Positions 30,196 through 40,872 of a stretch of DNA of 64,000 bases are shown in pieces. Below the pieces are notes generated by a model. That model was given only the letters and a program-made list of their open reading frames with translations, was not told where the DNA came from and made no database searches. The first letter of the stretch is position 1; each line of letters opens with the position of its first letter. Origin of the DNA: an uncultured Desulfosarcina sp. (lineage in GTDB: Bacteria > Desulfobacterota > Desulfobacteria > Desulfobacterales > Desulfosarcinaceae); contig CAXXWQ010000001.1 of assembly GCA_963674945.2 (NCBI GenBank), forward strand, positions 192,001-256,000, read 5' to 3'. The translations under genes and the position numbers were made by a program.

Positions 30196-31097
30196 CGGCG
30201 TTTTCCTTCTTTCTGGCGATAGCTGTGGACGGCGAACCGGACGATGCAACCGGCGATATCCATGCCAGTGGCCGCTTCCATGCCTTTGAATCCGGGTGAA
30301 TAGTTGACTTCGACGATATTCGGGTGTCCCTCGGCATCGATCATCATGTCCACCCCGGCTACATCGCAGCCCACGGTCGTTGCTGCGAAAGCGGCCATGT
30401 CTTTCAAATCGGCCGGAAGAGAGATGGGGTGAATCACCGCACCCAGGTGAAAATTGGATCTGAACTCTCCGTCCACCGGTTTCAGGACGCCGGCACAAAC
30501 CACCTCTTTGCCGATGACCAGCGCCCGGATGTCTTTTCGCCCGTCCGGTGGCAGGTAGCGCTGGAGGATCAGCCCCTTGCGACCATCCAACAAGGGCAGC
30601 GCGCGCGCCATGGCATCGTCTTGATCTGCGATACACATGACCCCTTCGCCCTGGCGCCCACTCGCCGGTTTGACCACTACCGGATAGCCGCCCAGCCGCC
30701 TCACCCCCTGGAAGAAACCCCGGGAACGGTTGATGAGAACCGTGTCGAGACAGGGCAGGCCGGCATGGGCAAGCACCTGGTGGGTGAGAAATTTATCCCT
30801 GGCGATGAAAATGGCTTCCGGTCCGTTGATCATATGAAGGCCCATGAAACAGAATTGACGGATCAGGGCCAGGCTGGATTCACCGATCTGTGCACCCTGA
30901 CGGGGCAGAATCACCTGGGGCAGGTCCGTGACAGTCTTCCCGGTGACGGTGAGTCTTTTTGCGATCACGTGGGGCCAAATCTTGTAGGGATGGATGAGGA
31001 TTCCCTCGAACCCTGCATTGACGGCCGCTTCCAGCAGCCGGCGATTGGGATGGTAGTCCGGGTCGCGGACGGAGACGATGCCGATACGGACGGTCAT
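30192..31097 (-). CDS. RimK/LysX family ATP-grasp amino-acid ligase
   Basis: RDKF, GGYPVVVKPASGRQGEGV, DIRALVIG, FRSNFHLG, AGVDM and EVNYSPGFKG. Confidence 0.9.
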   Translation of the reverse strand: MTVRIGIVSVRDPDYHPNRRLLEAAVNAGFEGILIHPYKIWPHVIAKRLTVTGKTVTDLPQVILPRQGAQIGESSLALIRQFCFMGLHMINGPEAIFIARDKFLTHQVLAHAGLPCLDTVLINRSRGFFQGVRRLGGYPVVVKPASGRQGEGVMCIADQDDAMARALPLLDGRKGLILQRYLPPDGRKDIRALVIGKEVVCAGVLKPVDGEFRSNFHLGAVIHPISLPADLKDMAAFAATTVGCDVAGVDMMIDAEGHPNIVEVNYSPGFKGMEAATGMDIAGCIVRFAVHSYRQKEGKRR

Positions 31098-32320
31098 GGA
31101 TCAATCATCCATTCGGGCATCCAGATGCCCACCGGTTTTCCGGCCTTTTCACTGAAATAGGTGGCCACTTGACGGGTGCGATTGCGTCTGGCGATGATTT
31201 TCGTTGCTTCGTTGTCTTCTGCGATGACGGAAAAGATCTTGCGATCTTTGGCCCGCTCGGTCAGGCCGGCGAGCAGACCGGTTCCGAGGCCAAGCCCCCG
31301 GTACTCTGGCCTCACCGAGGTGTATCCCCGCTCCAGATAATCGGTAAGATCCAGCCCTGATTGTTGTCGAACCCGATCGATATACTGAGATCTGGGATTC
31401 TTGAGGCTGGAGTTGGCAACGATGACTCCCTTTTCCATGACATACCCAATGAGATGGGCCCTCTCCAGGTTGGCGCGGACATGGGTGGTGGCCACCGTTC
31501 CGCCGGCGGCCACCATGTTGCAGATTTCGTCCAGATAACCTGCGGGAAGTTGGTGCGGCGGTTCGAAATGGTAGCGAAGATCCGTTCCGACGGTATAGAG
31601 ATGCTCGCCGTCTTCATCGACACGCATTCGCAGGAGCCGGTCTTTGTTCAACTGGTCGACGAGCAGAAACCGCTGCACGGGATCACTGGCGATCTGCCAC
31701 AGGGGCCGGCCGGGAAGGGGGCGGACCTGGGTGTAGGCCATGTTTCGGATCTCTTCGTGCCCGACGGGTCGGGTCGTCTCCCAACTGTGAAGAATATTGG
31801 GCTGGGTTACCGCGGCTTGCAGGGCCTTTTTGCCATGCGTTTCATCATCCAGTACCAGATGGTTCCATACCCCGGCACCGGAAAACGCCTTGAAATAACC
31901 AAGATCGGGAAGTGGCCGTCCGCCCTGATGCCACTGGATCTGAACGACGGTGTTGCTTTTTTTTTTGCCCCGAACCCAATCGAACGCGCCACGTCCGTCA
32001 AGCCTGCAGCCTATGGAGATGCGCAGGCCATGATTTTCCATTTTTTCCAGCCTGTGAAAGATATTTTCCATTTCATCGGCAGGGAATGTCCTGTCGACCA
32101 CGAGATGGCGTCCATGACAGTCGGCTGCCAATTTACGGATGAGAGCGACAAACGATCCGGTATCCACAGCGGTATGGTTTTCAGGTGCATTCCAAAAAAT
32201 GTGCGCCTCATACCCTTCTTCGAGCATCTTTCGTATCTCGGCCACTGTGTGCGGTATTGTCTTGCCTGCGGGTTTTCTTGCCCGTACGATGCGAATGGAG
32301 AATGAATGGTTTCCGGTCAT
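31094..32320 (-). CDS. Protein with C-terminal GNAT acetyltransferase domain and uncharacterised N-terminal domain (start uncertain)
   Basis: GNAT motif A (TSVRPEYRGLGLG) and motif B (DNEAT); its stop overlaps the RimK start (ATGA). Confidence 0.72.
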   Translation of the reverse strand: MTGNHSFSIRIVRARKPAGKTIPHTVAEIRKMLEEGYEAHIFWNAPENHTAVDTGSFVALIRKLAADCHGRHLVVDRTFPADEMENIFHRLEKMENHGLRISIGCRLDGRGAFDWVRGKKKSNTVVQIQWHQGGRPLPDLGYFKAFSGAGVWNHLVLDDETHGKKALQAAVTQPNILHSWETTRPVGHEEIRNMAYTQVRPLPGRPLWQIASDPVQRFLLVDQLNKDRLLRMRVDEDGEHLYTVGTDLRYHFEPPHQLPAGYLDEICNMVAAGGTVATTHVRANLERAHLIGYVMEKGVIVANSSLKNPRSQYIDRVRQQSGLDLTDYLERGYTSVRPEYRGLGLGTGLLAGLTERAKDRKIFSVIAEDNEATKIIARRNRTRQVATYFSEKAGKPVGIWMPEWMIDP

Positions 32321-32565
32321 GGGCAATATCGACTTTTTTGCTTTTTGAGGAAACGAGACGAATGGTACCGGATGTATGTCCGAGCCTAAACGGTAAGCAA
32401 AAAACGGTACCGTGTCAATCGACAAGGGAACCAAACCACGGGGCGTGAGATTGGTTCAAGTGAGCGTATGCTGAAAAAATGGCCGGGGCTTGCCAATTAC
32501 CGCCAATTTCAGTAGTAATATACCTGTCCAAGGCGTTCCCTCCAAAAAAAAGGAACTCTTCTGCC

Positions 32566-33576
32566 ATGAAGATCGCTTTTCTGATGGATCCGCTGGAGAC
32601 CATACAGCCGGAATACGAAACCACAAGCCATCTCATGTACGAGTGCAACGAGCGAGGTCACACGGTTTATTTTCTGGAGTCCCACGACGTGTATATCCGT
32701 CGGGACCAGGTGGTGGCCCGTATGCGCAACATCACCGTCAAACCCGGGTTGTCCATGGAAGCGTATTGGCAGGAACTGATTCGTTGCACCAAGCAGGACC
32801 ATCTTATCTTCGAAACCATCACCGAACTCGATGCCCTGTTTTTGCGCAGCAATCCACCCCTCAACTACCAGACCATAGAGTTTTTGCAGACCGTCAACGA
32901 TCACGTCTTCATTCTCAACAGCACGACCGGTCAGATTTTGGGAAACAGCAAACTCTATATCCTCAACTTTCCCGAGATTATTCCCGAGACCCATGTTTCG
33001 AGAGATCCTGCCCGACTGCGCAAGATTATCGACGATTTTGGCGGTGCCATGGTGGTCAAACCCCTGCAACGGTTCGGTGGGGAGGGGGTGATCAAGGTGA
33101 GTACCCGGGATCGGACGAATCTCAACTCCCTGATTCATTACTACGTCAAGGCCTATAAAACCTATGCCCAGCGCGAACCCATCATGGTACAGGAATACCT
33201 GAAAAGCGTCAGACAGGATGGTGACATTCGCATTCTTTTGCTCAACGGTGAAATCATCGGCGCCATGCGGCGCAAACCCAAAGACGGGGACTTTCGTACA
33301 AATGTTCACGCCGGTGGTCATGTATTCGCCCATCGGGTGACGGCCAAGGAGAGGCGGATCTGTGAGACGATTAAGGATAAATTGATCGCCGACGGCCTCT
33401 ATTTCGTGGGGATCGATGTCATCGCAGGAAAACTGGTGGAGGTCAACTGCGTCAGTCCGGGGGGGGTACCGCGAATCAACCAGCTCAACGGTGATCACAT
33501 CGAAGCCAAGGTCATCGATTTTATCGAGCAGAAGGTGAGATTCCTCCAGTCTTCACCCGCGGCAAAGCCGGCATGA
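32566..33576 (+). CDS. gshB: Glutathione synthetase (GshB)-like ATP-grasp ligase
   Basis: MKIAFLMDPL, ETTSHLM, FLRSNPP, VVKPL..FGGEGV, GDIRILLLNG, FRTNVHAGG, FVGIDVI and EVNCVSPGG. Confidence 0.85.
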   Translation: MKIAFLMDPLETIQPEYETTSHLMYECNERGHTVYFLESHDVYIRRDQVVARMRNITVKPGLSMEAYWQELIRCTKQDHLIFETITELDALFLRSNPPLNYQTIEFLQTVNDHVFILNSTTGQILGNSKLYILNFPEIIPETHVSRDPARLRKIIDDFGGAMVVKPLQRFGGEGVIKVSTRDRTNLNSLIHYYVKAYKTYAQREPIMVQEYLKSVRQDGDIRILLLNGEIIGAMRRKPKDGDFRTNVHAGGHVFAHRVTAKERRICETIKDKLIADGLYFVGIDVIAGKLVEVNCVSPGGVPRINQLNGDHIEAKVIDFIEQKVRFLQSSPAAKPA

Positions 33577-35294
33577 TGGCAACGCGGGAGCCTAAAATCT
33601 ACCGTCTGCTCCTGTGGATTGGACTGCTTTTGGCCCTATCGGCCTGCAAAGAAACAAGACCGAATACCGTATTGCGGATCGGTTTGGCGGAAGAACCCCG
33701 CACCCTCAACGTCTGGCTGGCAAGCGACGCCAATTCCCGAAAGGTGCTCAGTTTGATCTACCAGCCGCTATACGTGATCGATCCCGTCACCCTGGACCTG
33801 ATACCATGGTTGGCCCGGTCCCTGCCGGTTTACGATCCAAGCCGTTTCACCTATACGGTGCACTTGCGATCCGCCCGGTGGTCCGACGGATTGCCATTCA
33901 CATCCAGGGATGTGGCCTTTACCGGATCACTCATCCAGGCCTTCAAGGTTCCCCGTTACGCTTCCAAATGGCGGTTCGTCGACCGTGTGGAGACACCCGA
34001 TGACCAAACCGTCGTTTTTTGCCTGAAAAAGCCCATGGCCACCTTTCTCACCGGTACCCTGGCCACTCCCATCGTGCAGGCCGACCGGTGGGCCGCCGTG
34101 GCCCAAAAGGCAAAGACGACCCAAAACCCTTTGTCCACATTGATCAACCACCGGGTGGAAAGCCCGGTGGGGACCGGTCCCTTTGTCCTGAAACAGTGGC
34201 GGAAAGGGGCCTTTTTGCACCTTTCCCGCAATCCCTATTTTTTTGGAACGGGTGAAATGATCAACGGACGAAGGCTCGGTCCCTTCGTGGATGACCTGGT
34301 CTATTCGGTGTTCGGTACCTCCGATGTGGCCATTCTGGCACTGAAAAAAGGAAGCATCGACATGTTCTGGTGGCCCATCCAGCCCGGATATGTGGCGGAT
34401 CTGAAACGGTCCAAAGAGATCCGGCTGTTTACCAACGAGAAAAACGCCCTCTACTTTCTCGGTTTCAACCTGCGGCACCCTCCGTTCGAGGATCTGGCCC
34501 TTCGCCGCGCCGTTGCCTATCTCATCGACAAGGATTTCATCGTTTCACGGATTCTTCAGGGGCAGGGCACCAAGATGTTTTCGGTGGTGTCGGCGGAAAA
34601 TCGTTTCTGGTGCTGTGATACGGTGCCGCGATACGGAGACGGCATGGACCGGAATGCGCGCATCCAGGCCGCCTACCGAATCCTCACCGATGCGGGGTAT
34701 AGCTGGGAGACGCCACCTGTGGATGCCCAGGGCAACGTGCAGCCGGCAACGGGGTTTCGTCTGCCGGACGGGCGCTTGATGGAGCGATTCACGATCCTGA
34801 CGCCGCCTGCGGATTACGACCCCCACAGGGCCACCAGCGGACTGATGATCCAGGAGTGGCTCAGACAAGTGGGGATGCCCGCCTTTGCCCGACCCATGGC
34901 CTTTTCGGCTCTGCTTGCCAGGATCAAGGGCAATCGGGACTTCGATGCCTTCATCCTTGGATACGGAAGACTGAGTCTGGACCCGGGGTACGTGCGTAAC
35001 TTTTTTCATTCCACCAACGACAAGCCACGGGGATGGAACATGAGCGGATACCATAATCCGACATTCGATGCCGTTGCCGATCGATCCACGAGCGAGATGG
35101 ATCCTGAAAAGCGTCGGGCATTGGTAATGGAAATGCAGATGATGATCGCCCGGGACCTGCCCTATATTCCCCTGTACAAACCCTCCGTGGTGGAAGCGGT
35201 GCGAAAGGACCGTTTTGCCGGGTGGGTGGAGATGATGGAGGGAATCGGGAATATCTGGTCGATGTGCATGGTGAAACCAATTGAAAATGGATAA
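33573..35294 (+). CDS. ABC transporter family-5 (peptide/nickel) substrate-binding lipoprotein
   Basis: Lipobox LSAC, RWSDG.PFTSRDVAFT, GTGPFVL, RRAVAYLID and DLPYIPLY. Confidence 0.92.
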   Translation: MMATREPKIYRLLLWIGLLLALSACKETRPNTVLRIGLAEEPRTLNVWLASDANSRKVLSLIYQPLYVIDPVTLDLIPWLARSLPVYDPSRFTYTVHLRSARWSDGLPFTSRDVAFTGSLIQAFKVPRYASKWRFVDRVETPDDQTVVFCLKKPMATFLTGTLATPIVQADRWAAVAQKAKTTQNPLSTLINHRVESPVGTGPFVLKQWRKGAFLHLSRNPYFFGTGEMINGRRLGPFVDDLVYSVFGTSDVAILALKKGSIDMFWWPIQPGYVADLKRSKEIRLFTNEKNALYFLGFNLRHPPFEDLALRRAVAYLIDKDFIVSRILQGQGTKMFSVVSAENRFWCCDTVPRYGDGMDRNARIQAAYRILTDAGYSWETPPVDAQGNVQPATGFRLPDGRLMERFTILTPPADYDPHRATSGLMIQEWLRQVGMPAFARPMAFSALLARIKGNRDFDAFILGYGRLSLDPGYVRNFFHSTNDKPRGWNMSGYHNPTFDAVADRSTSEMDPEKRRALVMEMQMMIARDLPYIPLYKPSVVEAVRKDRFAGWVEMMEGIGNIWSMCMVKPIENG

Positions 35295-35398
35295 TGAAGA
35301 ATTAGTAAAACTACTGGTTTCCATCGTAAAGACATCACGGAATAAAATTTGATGAAATCCGTTTCTAATTTTCAATTTTCAATTTTCAATTCTCAATT
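35279..35398. repeat. AT-rich hairpin element built of degenerate 7-mers, overlapping the end of the SBP gene and the start of the permease gene
   Basis: Left arm AATTGAAAATGGATAATGAAGAATT; right arm (AATTTTC)x3-AATTCTC-AATT. Confidence 0.65.
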
Positions 35399-36368
35399 AA
35401 GGCGGTTCATATTCCGGCGGTGTATCGAGATCATTTTGATCTTTTTCGTGATCATGACGGTGCTCTTCGTTCTCTTTCGCCTGGCGCCCGGTGATCCGGT
35501 GGAACGAATGGTGGATCCATCCATGACGCCGGAAGATGCCCGGGTCCTCACCGAAACCCTGGGGCTGGATCGGCCTGTTCTGACCCAGTACCTATACTAC
35601 CTGAAAAACGTCGCTTCCGGGAACCTGGGGGTCTCTTTTCATTATGGCGAGCCGGTGATCCACATCCTGATGAACCGTCTGCCCAACACCATCTTGCTCT
35701 TTACCACCGCCATCCTCCTGTCGGCGTTTTTGGGGGTGTTTTTCGGAAAGATCGCCGCGTGGAAAAAAGGATCGCCCACCGACACCTGGATGACCATCGG
35801 TGCCGTTTTCTGTCACACCCTGTTTCTTCCCTGGTTGGCGCTGATCATGATCTGGTTTTTCGCCTACCGGGTGGGGTGGTTCCCCATCACCGGCATGGTG
35901 TCACCACAGGTGTGGATCGATCCGGATGCAGGTTTCCTGCGAAAGGCCCTGGATGTGCTGCACCACCTGGCCCTTCCCCTCATGACGCTGGTGGTGATTC
36001 ACTTCGGCAGCTACCTTCTGGTCATGCGCGGCGGCATGCTCGACACGCTCAAGGAGGACTACATCCTTACCGCCCGTGCCAAGGGGCTTTCGGAAAAGGC
36101 CATCCGGGACCGTCACGCAGCTCCCAATGCGGCCCTGCCCGTGGTGACCAGCGTGGGTCTGAGCCTGGCCTTTTCCATCAACGGTGGCGCCCTGACCGAG
36201 ACGGTCTTTACCTGGCCGGGCATCGGCCGGGAACTCGTTTTTGCGGTCAGCCACAGTGACTATCCCCTGGCCCAGGCCGCTTTTTTGCTCATTGCCATCG
36301 TGGTGCTGACGGCCAATCTGGTGGTGGATGTGCTTTACGCATTCCTGGATCCGAGGATACGATACTGA
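35349..36368 (+). CDS. Opp/Dpp ABC transporter permease (OppB-like)
   Basis: APGDP, LGLDRP..QY, EDYILTARAKGLS and ETVFTWPGIG..DYP..LDPRIR. Confidence 0.92.
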   Translation: MMKSVSNFQFSIFNSQLRRFIFRRCIEIILIFFVIMTVLFVLFRLAPGDPVERMVDPSMTPEDARVLTETLGLDRPVLTQYLYYLKNVASGNLGVSFHYGEPVIHILMNRLPNTILLFTTAILLSAFLGVFFGKIAAWKKGSPTDTWMTIGAVFCHTLFLPWLALIMIWFFAYRVGWFPITGMVSPQVWIDPDAGFLRKALDVLHHLALPLMTLVVIHFGSYLLVMRGGMLDTLKEDYILTARAKGLSEKAIRDRHAAPNAALPVVTSVGLSLAFSINGGALTETVFTWPGIGRELVFAVSHSDYPLAQAAFLLIAIVVLTANLVVDVLYAFLDPRIRY

Positions 36369-36369
36369 C

Positions 36370-37326
36370 ATGTCCAAGACGTCACCCGACAGCCAGTTGC
36401 AGGAGAACATGCCCGAAACGGCGGCGGACCGGCATGGATCCCATTGGGTTCGGCGGTTTTTGGACGGCTGGTCCATCTATCGGCAAAGCATCATCGGTCG
36501 CATCGGTCTCATGCTGCTGGCGCTGTTCGCGCTCATGGCCGCGGCCAGCTTCATTCCCCCCCTGGTGGATCCCATGTACCACCCCATGACCGGCGTGGAC
36601 CCCGAGATATCCTATAGCACAGGACCCAGCCTTCGCCACATTCTGGGCACCGACAACATCGGCCGGGATATCTTCAGCCAACTGTTGGCCGGCGCCCGAA
36701 TCGCCTTCATGGTGGGGATCTGTTCCGCCTTCATCAGCATCGTGTTCGGTACCACCATCGGCATGGTGTCCGGATACGCCGGCGGCTTGACCGATGCAAT
36801 GCTCATGCGTCTTTCCGACATGGTCATGGTCATGCCCACCCTGCTGGTGGTGTTGATCCTGTCGGCGCTTTTCGGCCAACTGAGCATCTGGGTCATCGTG
36901 CTGATGATCGCCCTGTTTCGATGGCCCGGCGTCGCCCGGGTAATCCGTTCCCAGACCCTTTCTTTGCGCCACAGGCCCTTCATCGACGCGGCACGGGTCA
37001 CGGGTGCATCTCACCTTCGCATCCTCTTTCGGCATATCCTGCCCAACGTGATGCCCCTTTCCCTGCTCTACATGACATTTCGGGTCACATCGGCCATCGT
37101 CATCGAGGCGGCCCTGGCGTTTTTGGGCTTCGGCGACCCGGGTACCGTGAGTTGGGGCATGATGCTGCAGTGGGCCTGGAAGACGGGACACATGTTCCAG
37201 GCCCCGTACTGGCTCATCCCTCCGGGTATCTGCATCTCCCTGATCACCATGGCGTTTTATATGACCGGGCGGGCCATGGATGACGTGCTGGACCCCCGAC
37301 TGCGCAAGACGGAGGCCGGAAGATGA
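36370..37326 (+). CDS. Opp/Dpp ABC transporter permease (OppC-like)
   Basis: HILGTDNIGRDIFS, FIDAARVTGAS..RHILPN and FLGFGDP..SWG. Confidence 0.92.
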   Translation: MSKTSPDSQLQENMPETAADRHGSHWVRRFLDGWSIYRQSIIGRIGLMLLALFALMAAASFIPPLVDPMYHPMTGVDPEISYSTGPSLRHILGTDNIGRDIFSQLLAGARIAFMVGICSAFISIVFGTTIGMVSGYAGGLTDAMLMRLSDMVMVMPTLLVVLILSALFGQLSIWVIVLMIALFRWPGVARVIRSQTLSLRHRPFIDAARVTGASHLRILFRHILPNVMPLSLLYMTFRVTSAIVIEAALAFLGFGDPGTVSWGMMLQWAWKTGHMFQAPYWLIPPGICISLITMAFYMTGRAMDDVLDPRLRKTEAGR

Positions 37327-38297
37327 CGACGCCTCTGTTGGAAGTGGAAGATCTGAGCATCGGATACCGTTCCGGAAACGAAGTTCACCTGGCCGTGGAA
37401 AAGGTCTCCTTTCGGGTGGACCACGGCGGCGCATTCGGCCTGGTGGGAGAATCCGGTTGCGGCAAGACCACCATCGGCATGGCTCTCATGGGATTGCTGC
37501 CATCCAATGCCAAGGTCGTCTCCGGCAGAATCGGCTTTCAGGGCCGGGACCTGACCGCCATGGACGAAGCGGACATGCAAAAGATCCGATGGCGGCAGAT
37601 TTCCATGATTTTCCAGGCCGCCATGAATGCCCTCAACCCGGTACATCGGATACAGGATCAGATTGCGGAAGCCATTTTCCTGCACGAACCGGAACTGTCC
37701 AGTCACGCCGTGGCTCACCGGACCCGCGCACTCTTCGAACTGGTAAAGATCCCGCTTGACCGGCTGCGGGACTATCCCCACCAGTTCTCCGGCGGCATGC
37801 GCCAGCGGGTCGTCATCGCCATGGCCCTTGCCTGCAACCCATGTCTGATCATCGCCGATGAACCGACCACGGCGTTGGATGTCATCGTCCAGAGTCAGAT
37901 ATTGCAGGCCATCTGCAATTTTCAAAAGGAGATGAACATCGGCATGGTTTTCATCTCCCACGACATTGCCGTCGTCGGGGATGTGTGCTCTACTATCGGC
38001 GTCATGCATGCCGGTCGCCTGGTGGAGACGGGCCAACGGGAGGAGGTTCTGGATTGTCCGGGCCACCCATACACCCAAATGCTGGTGGGCAGCATGTTGA
38101 GGCTTTCGGAACAGCCCGCGGACCTTTCGGACACGACCTGCCACTGCGATGACCGCAGTGGCGGTGACGACCGGGGGTGTCCCATGTACACAACCTGTAC
38201 GAAACGGATACCGGCATGCCGTAAGGAACGTGTCGAGTGGGTAACACTTACCGAAACCCACCGGGTCCGCTGCCACCTGGCAGAAAAGGGGCGATAA
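37323..38297 (+). CDS. Opp/Dpp ABC transporter ATP-binding protein (OppD-like)
   Basis: [29 protein letters not shown] and a C-terminal Cys cluster. Confidence 0.94.
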   Translation: MTTPLLEVEDLSIGYRSGNEVHLAVEKVSFRVDHGGAFGLVGESGCGKTTIGMALMGLLPSNAKVVSGRIGFQGRDLTAMDEADMQKIRWRQISMIFQAAMNALNPVHRIQDQIAEAIFLHEPELSSHAVAHRTRALFELVKIPLDRLRDYPHQFSGGMRQRVVIAMALACNPCLIIADEPTTALDVIVQSQILQAICNFQKEMNIGMVFISHDIAVVGDVCSTIGVMHAGRLVETGQREEVLDCPGHPYTQMLVGSMLRLSEQPADLSDTTCHCDDRSGGDDRGCPMYTTCTKRIPACRKERVEWVTLTETHRVRCHLAEKGR

Positions 38298-38298
38298 G

Positions 38299-39273
38299 AT
38301 GGATGCCCCCCTTCTCACCATCTCGGCGGTGACCAAGGTGTTTTCTGCCCAGGCCTCTCTTTTCGGCCAAACCGGAAAGCCGGTGGTAGCACTGGATCGC
38401 TTCTCACTTGCCATCGACGAGGGTGAAATTTTCGGGTTGGTGGGAGAGAGCGGGAGCGGCAAAACCACTGTGAGCCGACTGATCGTCGGCCTGGAAAAAC
38501 CCGATTCGGGAGAGATACGCTACGAAGGAAAACGGATCACGGGGCTTGCCGGGCGGGCCCGAAAAGACTTTGCCAAAAGGGTCCAGATCGTCTTCCAGGA
38601 CCCCTATCAGAGTCTGAACGCCCATCTTTCCATCTTCGATACCGTCTGCGAACCGTTAATCGTTCATGGGATCAAGGGGAGAGCCCATCGTAAAGAGCAG
38701 GTGGTCCAGGCATTGGCGCTCGCCGGACTCACCCCGGCCACGATCTATCTGGACCGGTATCCCCATCAACTGTCCGGGGGGCAGCGGCAGCGGGTGGCCA
38801 TCGCCCGTGCCATGGTGCTCTCGCCCCGGTTTCTCATCGCAGACGAGCCCACCTCCATGCTGGATGCCTCCATATCCTTTCAGATCTTCCGGTTGCTGCG
38901 AAGGCTTCGATCGACTGCCGGCGTCACCATGCTGTTCATCACCCACAGCCTGGCGGCGGCACGAAATCTTTGTGACCGGGTGGGTGTGATATACAACGGG
39001 CGTATCGTGGAAGTGGGGTCGGCCGAGCAAACCATCATGGACCCCATGCACCCCTACACCAAAGCCCTGCTGGATGCCCATCCCCGGTTCGGAAGCAGTT
39101 ACCGTCAACCTTACGGTACCCTGCGCCGGATCGAACGTCCCGTGCCGGAAACCGACCACTGTCCGTTCTATCCCCGCTGCCGATCGGCCTTACAAGACAC
39201 CTGCAATCAAAAAATTCCGGACTTGACACGGTTGGATGATGGCCGACGGGTCTCCTGTTTCCTTTATGGATAA
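38299..39273 (+). CDS. Opp/Dpp ABC transporter ATP-binding protein (OppF-like)
   Basis: GESGSGKT, LSGGQRQR, ADEPTSMLD, HPYT and CPFYPRC. Confidence 0.94.
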   Translation: MDAPLLTISAVTKVFSAQASLFGQTGKPVVALDRFSLAIDEGEIFGLVGESGSGKTTVSRLIVGLEKPDSGEIRYEGKRITGLAGRARKDFAKRVQIVFQDPYQSLNAHLSIFDTVCEPLIVHGIKGRAHRKEQVVQALALAGLTPATIYLDRYPHQLSGGQRQRVAIARAMVLSPRFLIADEPTSMLDASISFQIFRLLRRLRSTAGVTMLFITHSLAAARNLCDRVGVIYNGRIVEVGSAEQTIMDPMHPYTKALLDAHPRFGSSYRQPYGTLRRIERPVPETDHCPFYPRCRSALQDTCNQKIPDLTRLDDGRRVSCFLYG

Positions 39274-39378
39274 AGACCGGCCGTTGCCTGGGATGAAGAT
39301 AGCCCTTATGTTGGTAAACAATAAACCACAATGGCCTCAGATTCTTCTAAGGAATGATTCAATCAAAACAGTTAACGT

Positions 39379-40833
39379 ATGAATACCGTTTCCATGAACA
39401 ATACGCCATCGAGACATCATTTCCATAAAAATGGAAAGGGACGGGGGATCCGAGAGATTCTGCTGGCCGGTGTGTTCTGGCGAATTCTCGCCATCGAGAT
39501 GATCCTGTTGGCCTGGTCGGTTTTCTACAAGCTGTTTTCCGAAGACGCCAGTGGAGAGCAGTTGTTCTGGTACGCCGTGCGTATCGTCGTTTTGGTGGCA
39601 ATTATCATCTTGTTCATGATGGTCACCTTACGGCGATTTCTGGAAAGGAAAATCATTCGCCCCATGGAGGCGGTAGCAGAGGCCAATCGCCGGCTGGATG
39701 TGACCCTTCCGGAGTTGGACAAGGTAACCGTGGAAGAGGACGCGGCCGTGGAAATCCGGGAGGTGGTTTCCACGCGTGCACGCATGCTCGAAGAGATCCT
39801 CACGGTTTCCAACCAGCGTCTTCAACTGGTGAATTTCATCAAGGATACCTTCGGCCGGTATCTGAGCCGGGAGATCGTGAACGAGATCCTGGAGTCTCCC
39901 GAAGGACGACGGATTGGTGGGCGCCGCCAGACCGTAACCGTTCTCATGTCCGACCTTCGCGGTTTCTCGGATCTGTCCGACGCCCGCGACCCGGAAGATA
40001 TGGTCCAGATTCTCAACCGCTATCTGGCGGCCATGACCCGGGTGATTCAGCAATACGACGGCGTTATCGATGAATTCATCGGAGATGCCATTCTTACGGT
40101 GTTCGGCATACCGGAAGAAAAACCAGACGATCCGGCCCGGGCCGTGGCGTGTGCGCTATCCATGCAGCAAACCCTGGTCGATCTGAACCAGGATCTGCTG
40201 ATGGAGGGATTGCCGGCCCTGGAGATGGGAATCGGGATCAATACCGGTCCGGTTGTGGTGGGAAATCTGGGATCCGAGGTTCGGACCAAATACGGAATTG
40301 TCGGCGCCGTGGTCAATACTGCTTCGCGCATCGAATCCAATACAGTCGGGGGACAGGTGCTGGTGGGCGAAACCACAAGGGAGTGTCTCGGGTCGCTTGT
40401 CACGGTCGAGCAGCCCATGACGGTCATGATGAAAGGGATGAATCGGCCGCTGGTCTGTTATCCGGTGACGGCCATCGGATTACCATACAACATCAGTTCC
40501 TTCCAGCGGCCCGCAGACCCCATGGTGGACCTCAGACTTCCGTTTCAACTGTGGCAGATGGAGGAAAAGCGTGTCGTGGCAGGTCCTTTCACGGGAGAGA
40601 CGCGCCGACTCAACGGGGCAACCATCATCGCGCATATTGAACAGGATTTAGAGACGTTGACAAATGTGAAGCTTCTGTTTCTCTTCTGCCATGCGGCCCA
40701 CTGTTTCTCCGATGCCTATGCAAAGGTGGTCGGCTGTGAAGACGACGGTCGGATGAACGAGTACCGTCTGCATGTCACCTACATGGACCAGGAGGACAGG
40801 CAATTGCTGGACAAGTGGATATTGGCCGTCTGA
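39379..40833 (+). CDS. Membrane-bound class III nucleotidyl cyclase (2 TM, HAMP-like region, catalytic domain, C-terminal extension); probably a guanylate cyclase
   Basis: LMSDLRGFS, IDEFIGDAI, GIGINTG and RTKYGIVGAVVNTASRIE. Confidence 0.9.
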   Translation: MNTVSMNNTPSRHHFHKNGKGRGIREILLAGVFWRILAIEMILLAWSVFYKLFSEDASGEQLFWYAVRIVVLVAIIILFMMVTLRRFLERKIIRPMEAVAEANRRLDVTLPELDKVTVEEDAAVEIREVVSTRARMLEEILTVSNQRLQLVNFIKDTFGRYLSREIVNEILESPEGRRIGGRRQTVTVLMSDLRGFSDLSDARDPEDMVQILNRYLAAMTRVIQQYDGVIDEFIGDAILTVFGIPEEKPDDPARAVACALSMQQTLVDLNQDLLMEGLPALEMGIGINTGPVVVGNLGSEVRTKYGIVGAVVNTASRIESNTVGGQVLVGETTRECLGSLVTVEQPMTVMMKGMNRPLVCYPVTAIGLPYNISSFQRPADPMVDLRLPFQLWQMEEKRVVAGPFTGETRRLNGATIIAHIEQDLETLTNVKLLFLFCHAAHCFSDAYAKVVGCEDDGRMNEYRLHVTYMDQEDRQLLDKWILAV

Positions 40834-40872
40834 TCCAATCAACTTCACATCCGCGACGCAAGGAGGGTGTTT

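Noticed and set aside
30196..30636. 521-aa version of the PP-loop ORF, suggesting a frameshift fusion with RimK
   Set aside because: The upstream part is an off-frame reading of rimK; the ATGA overlap at 30192-30195 explains the junction without recoding.
35367..35398. Tandem AATTTTC repeats as a possible CRISPR or phase-variation tract
   Set aside because: There are no spacers or cas genes, only about four degenerate units, and they pair with an upstream arm as a hairpin.
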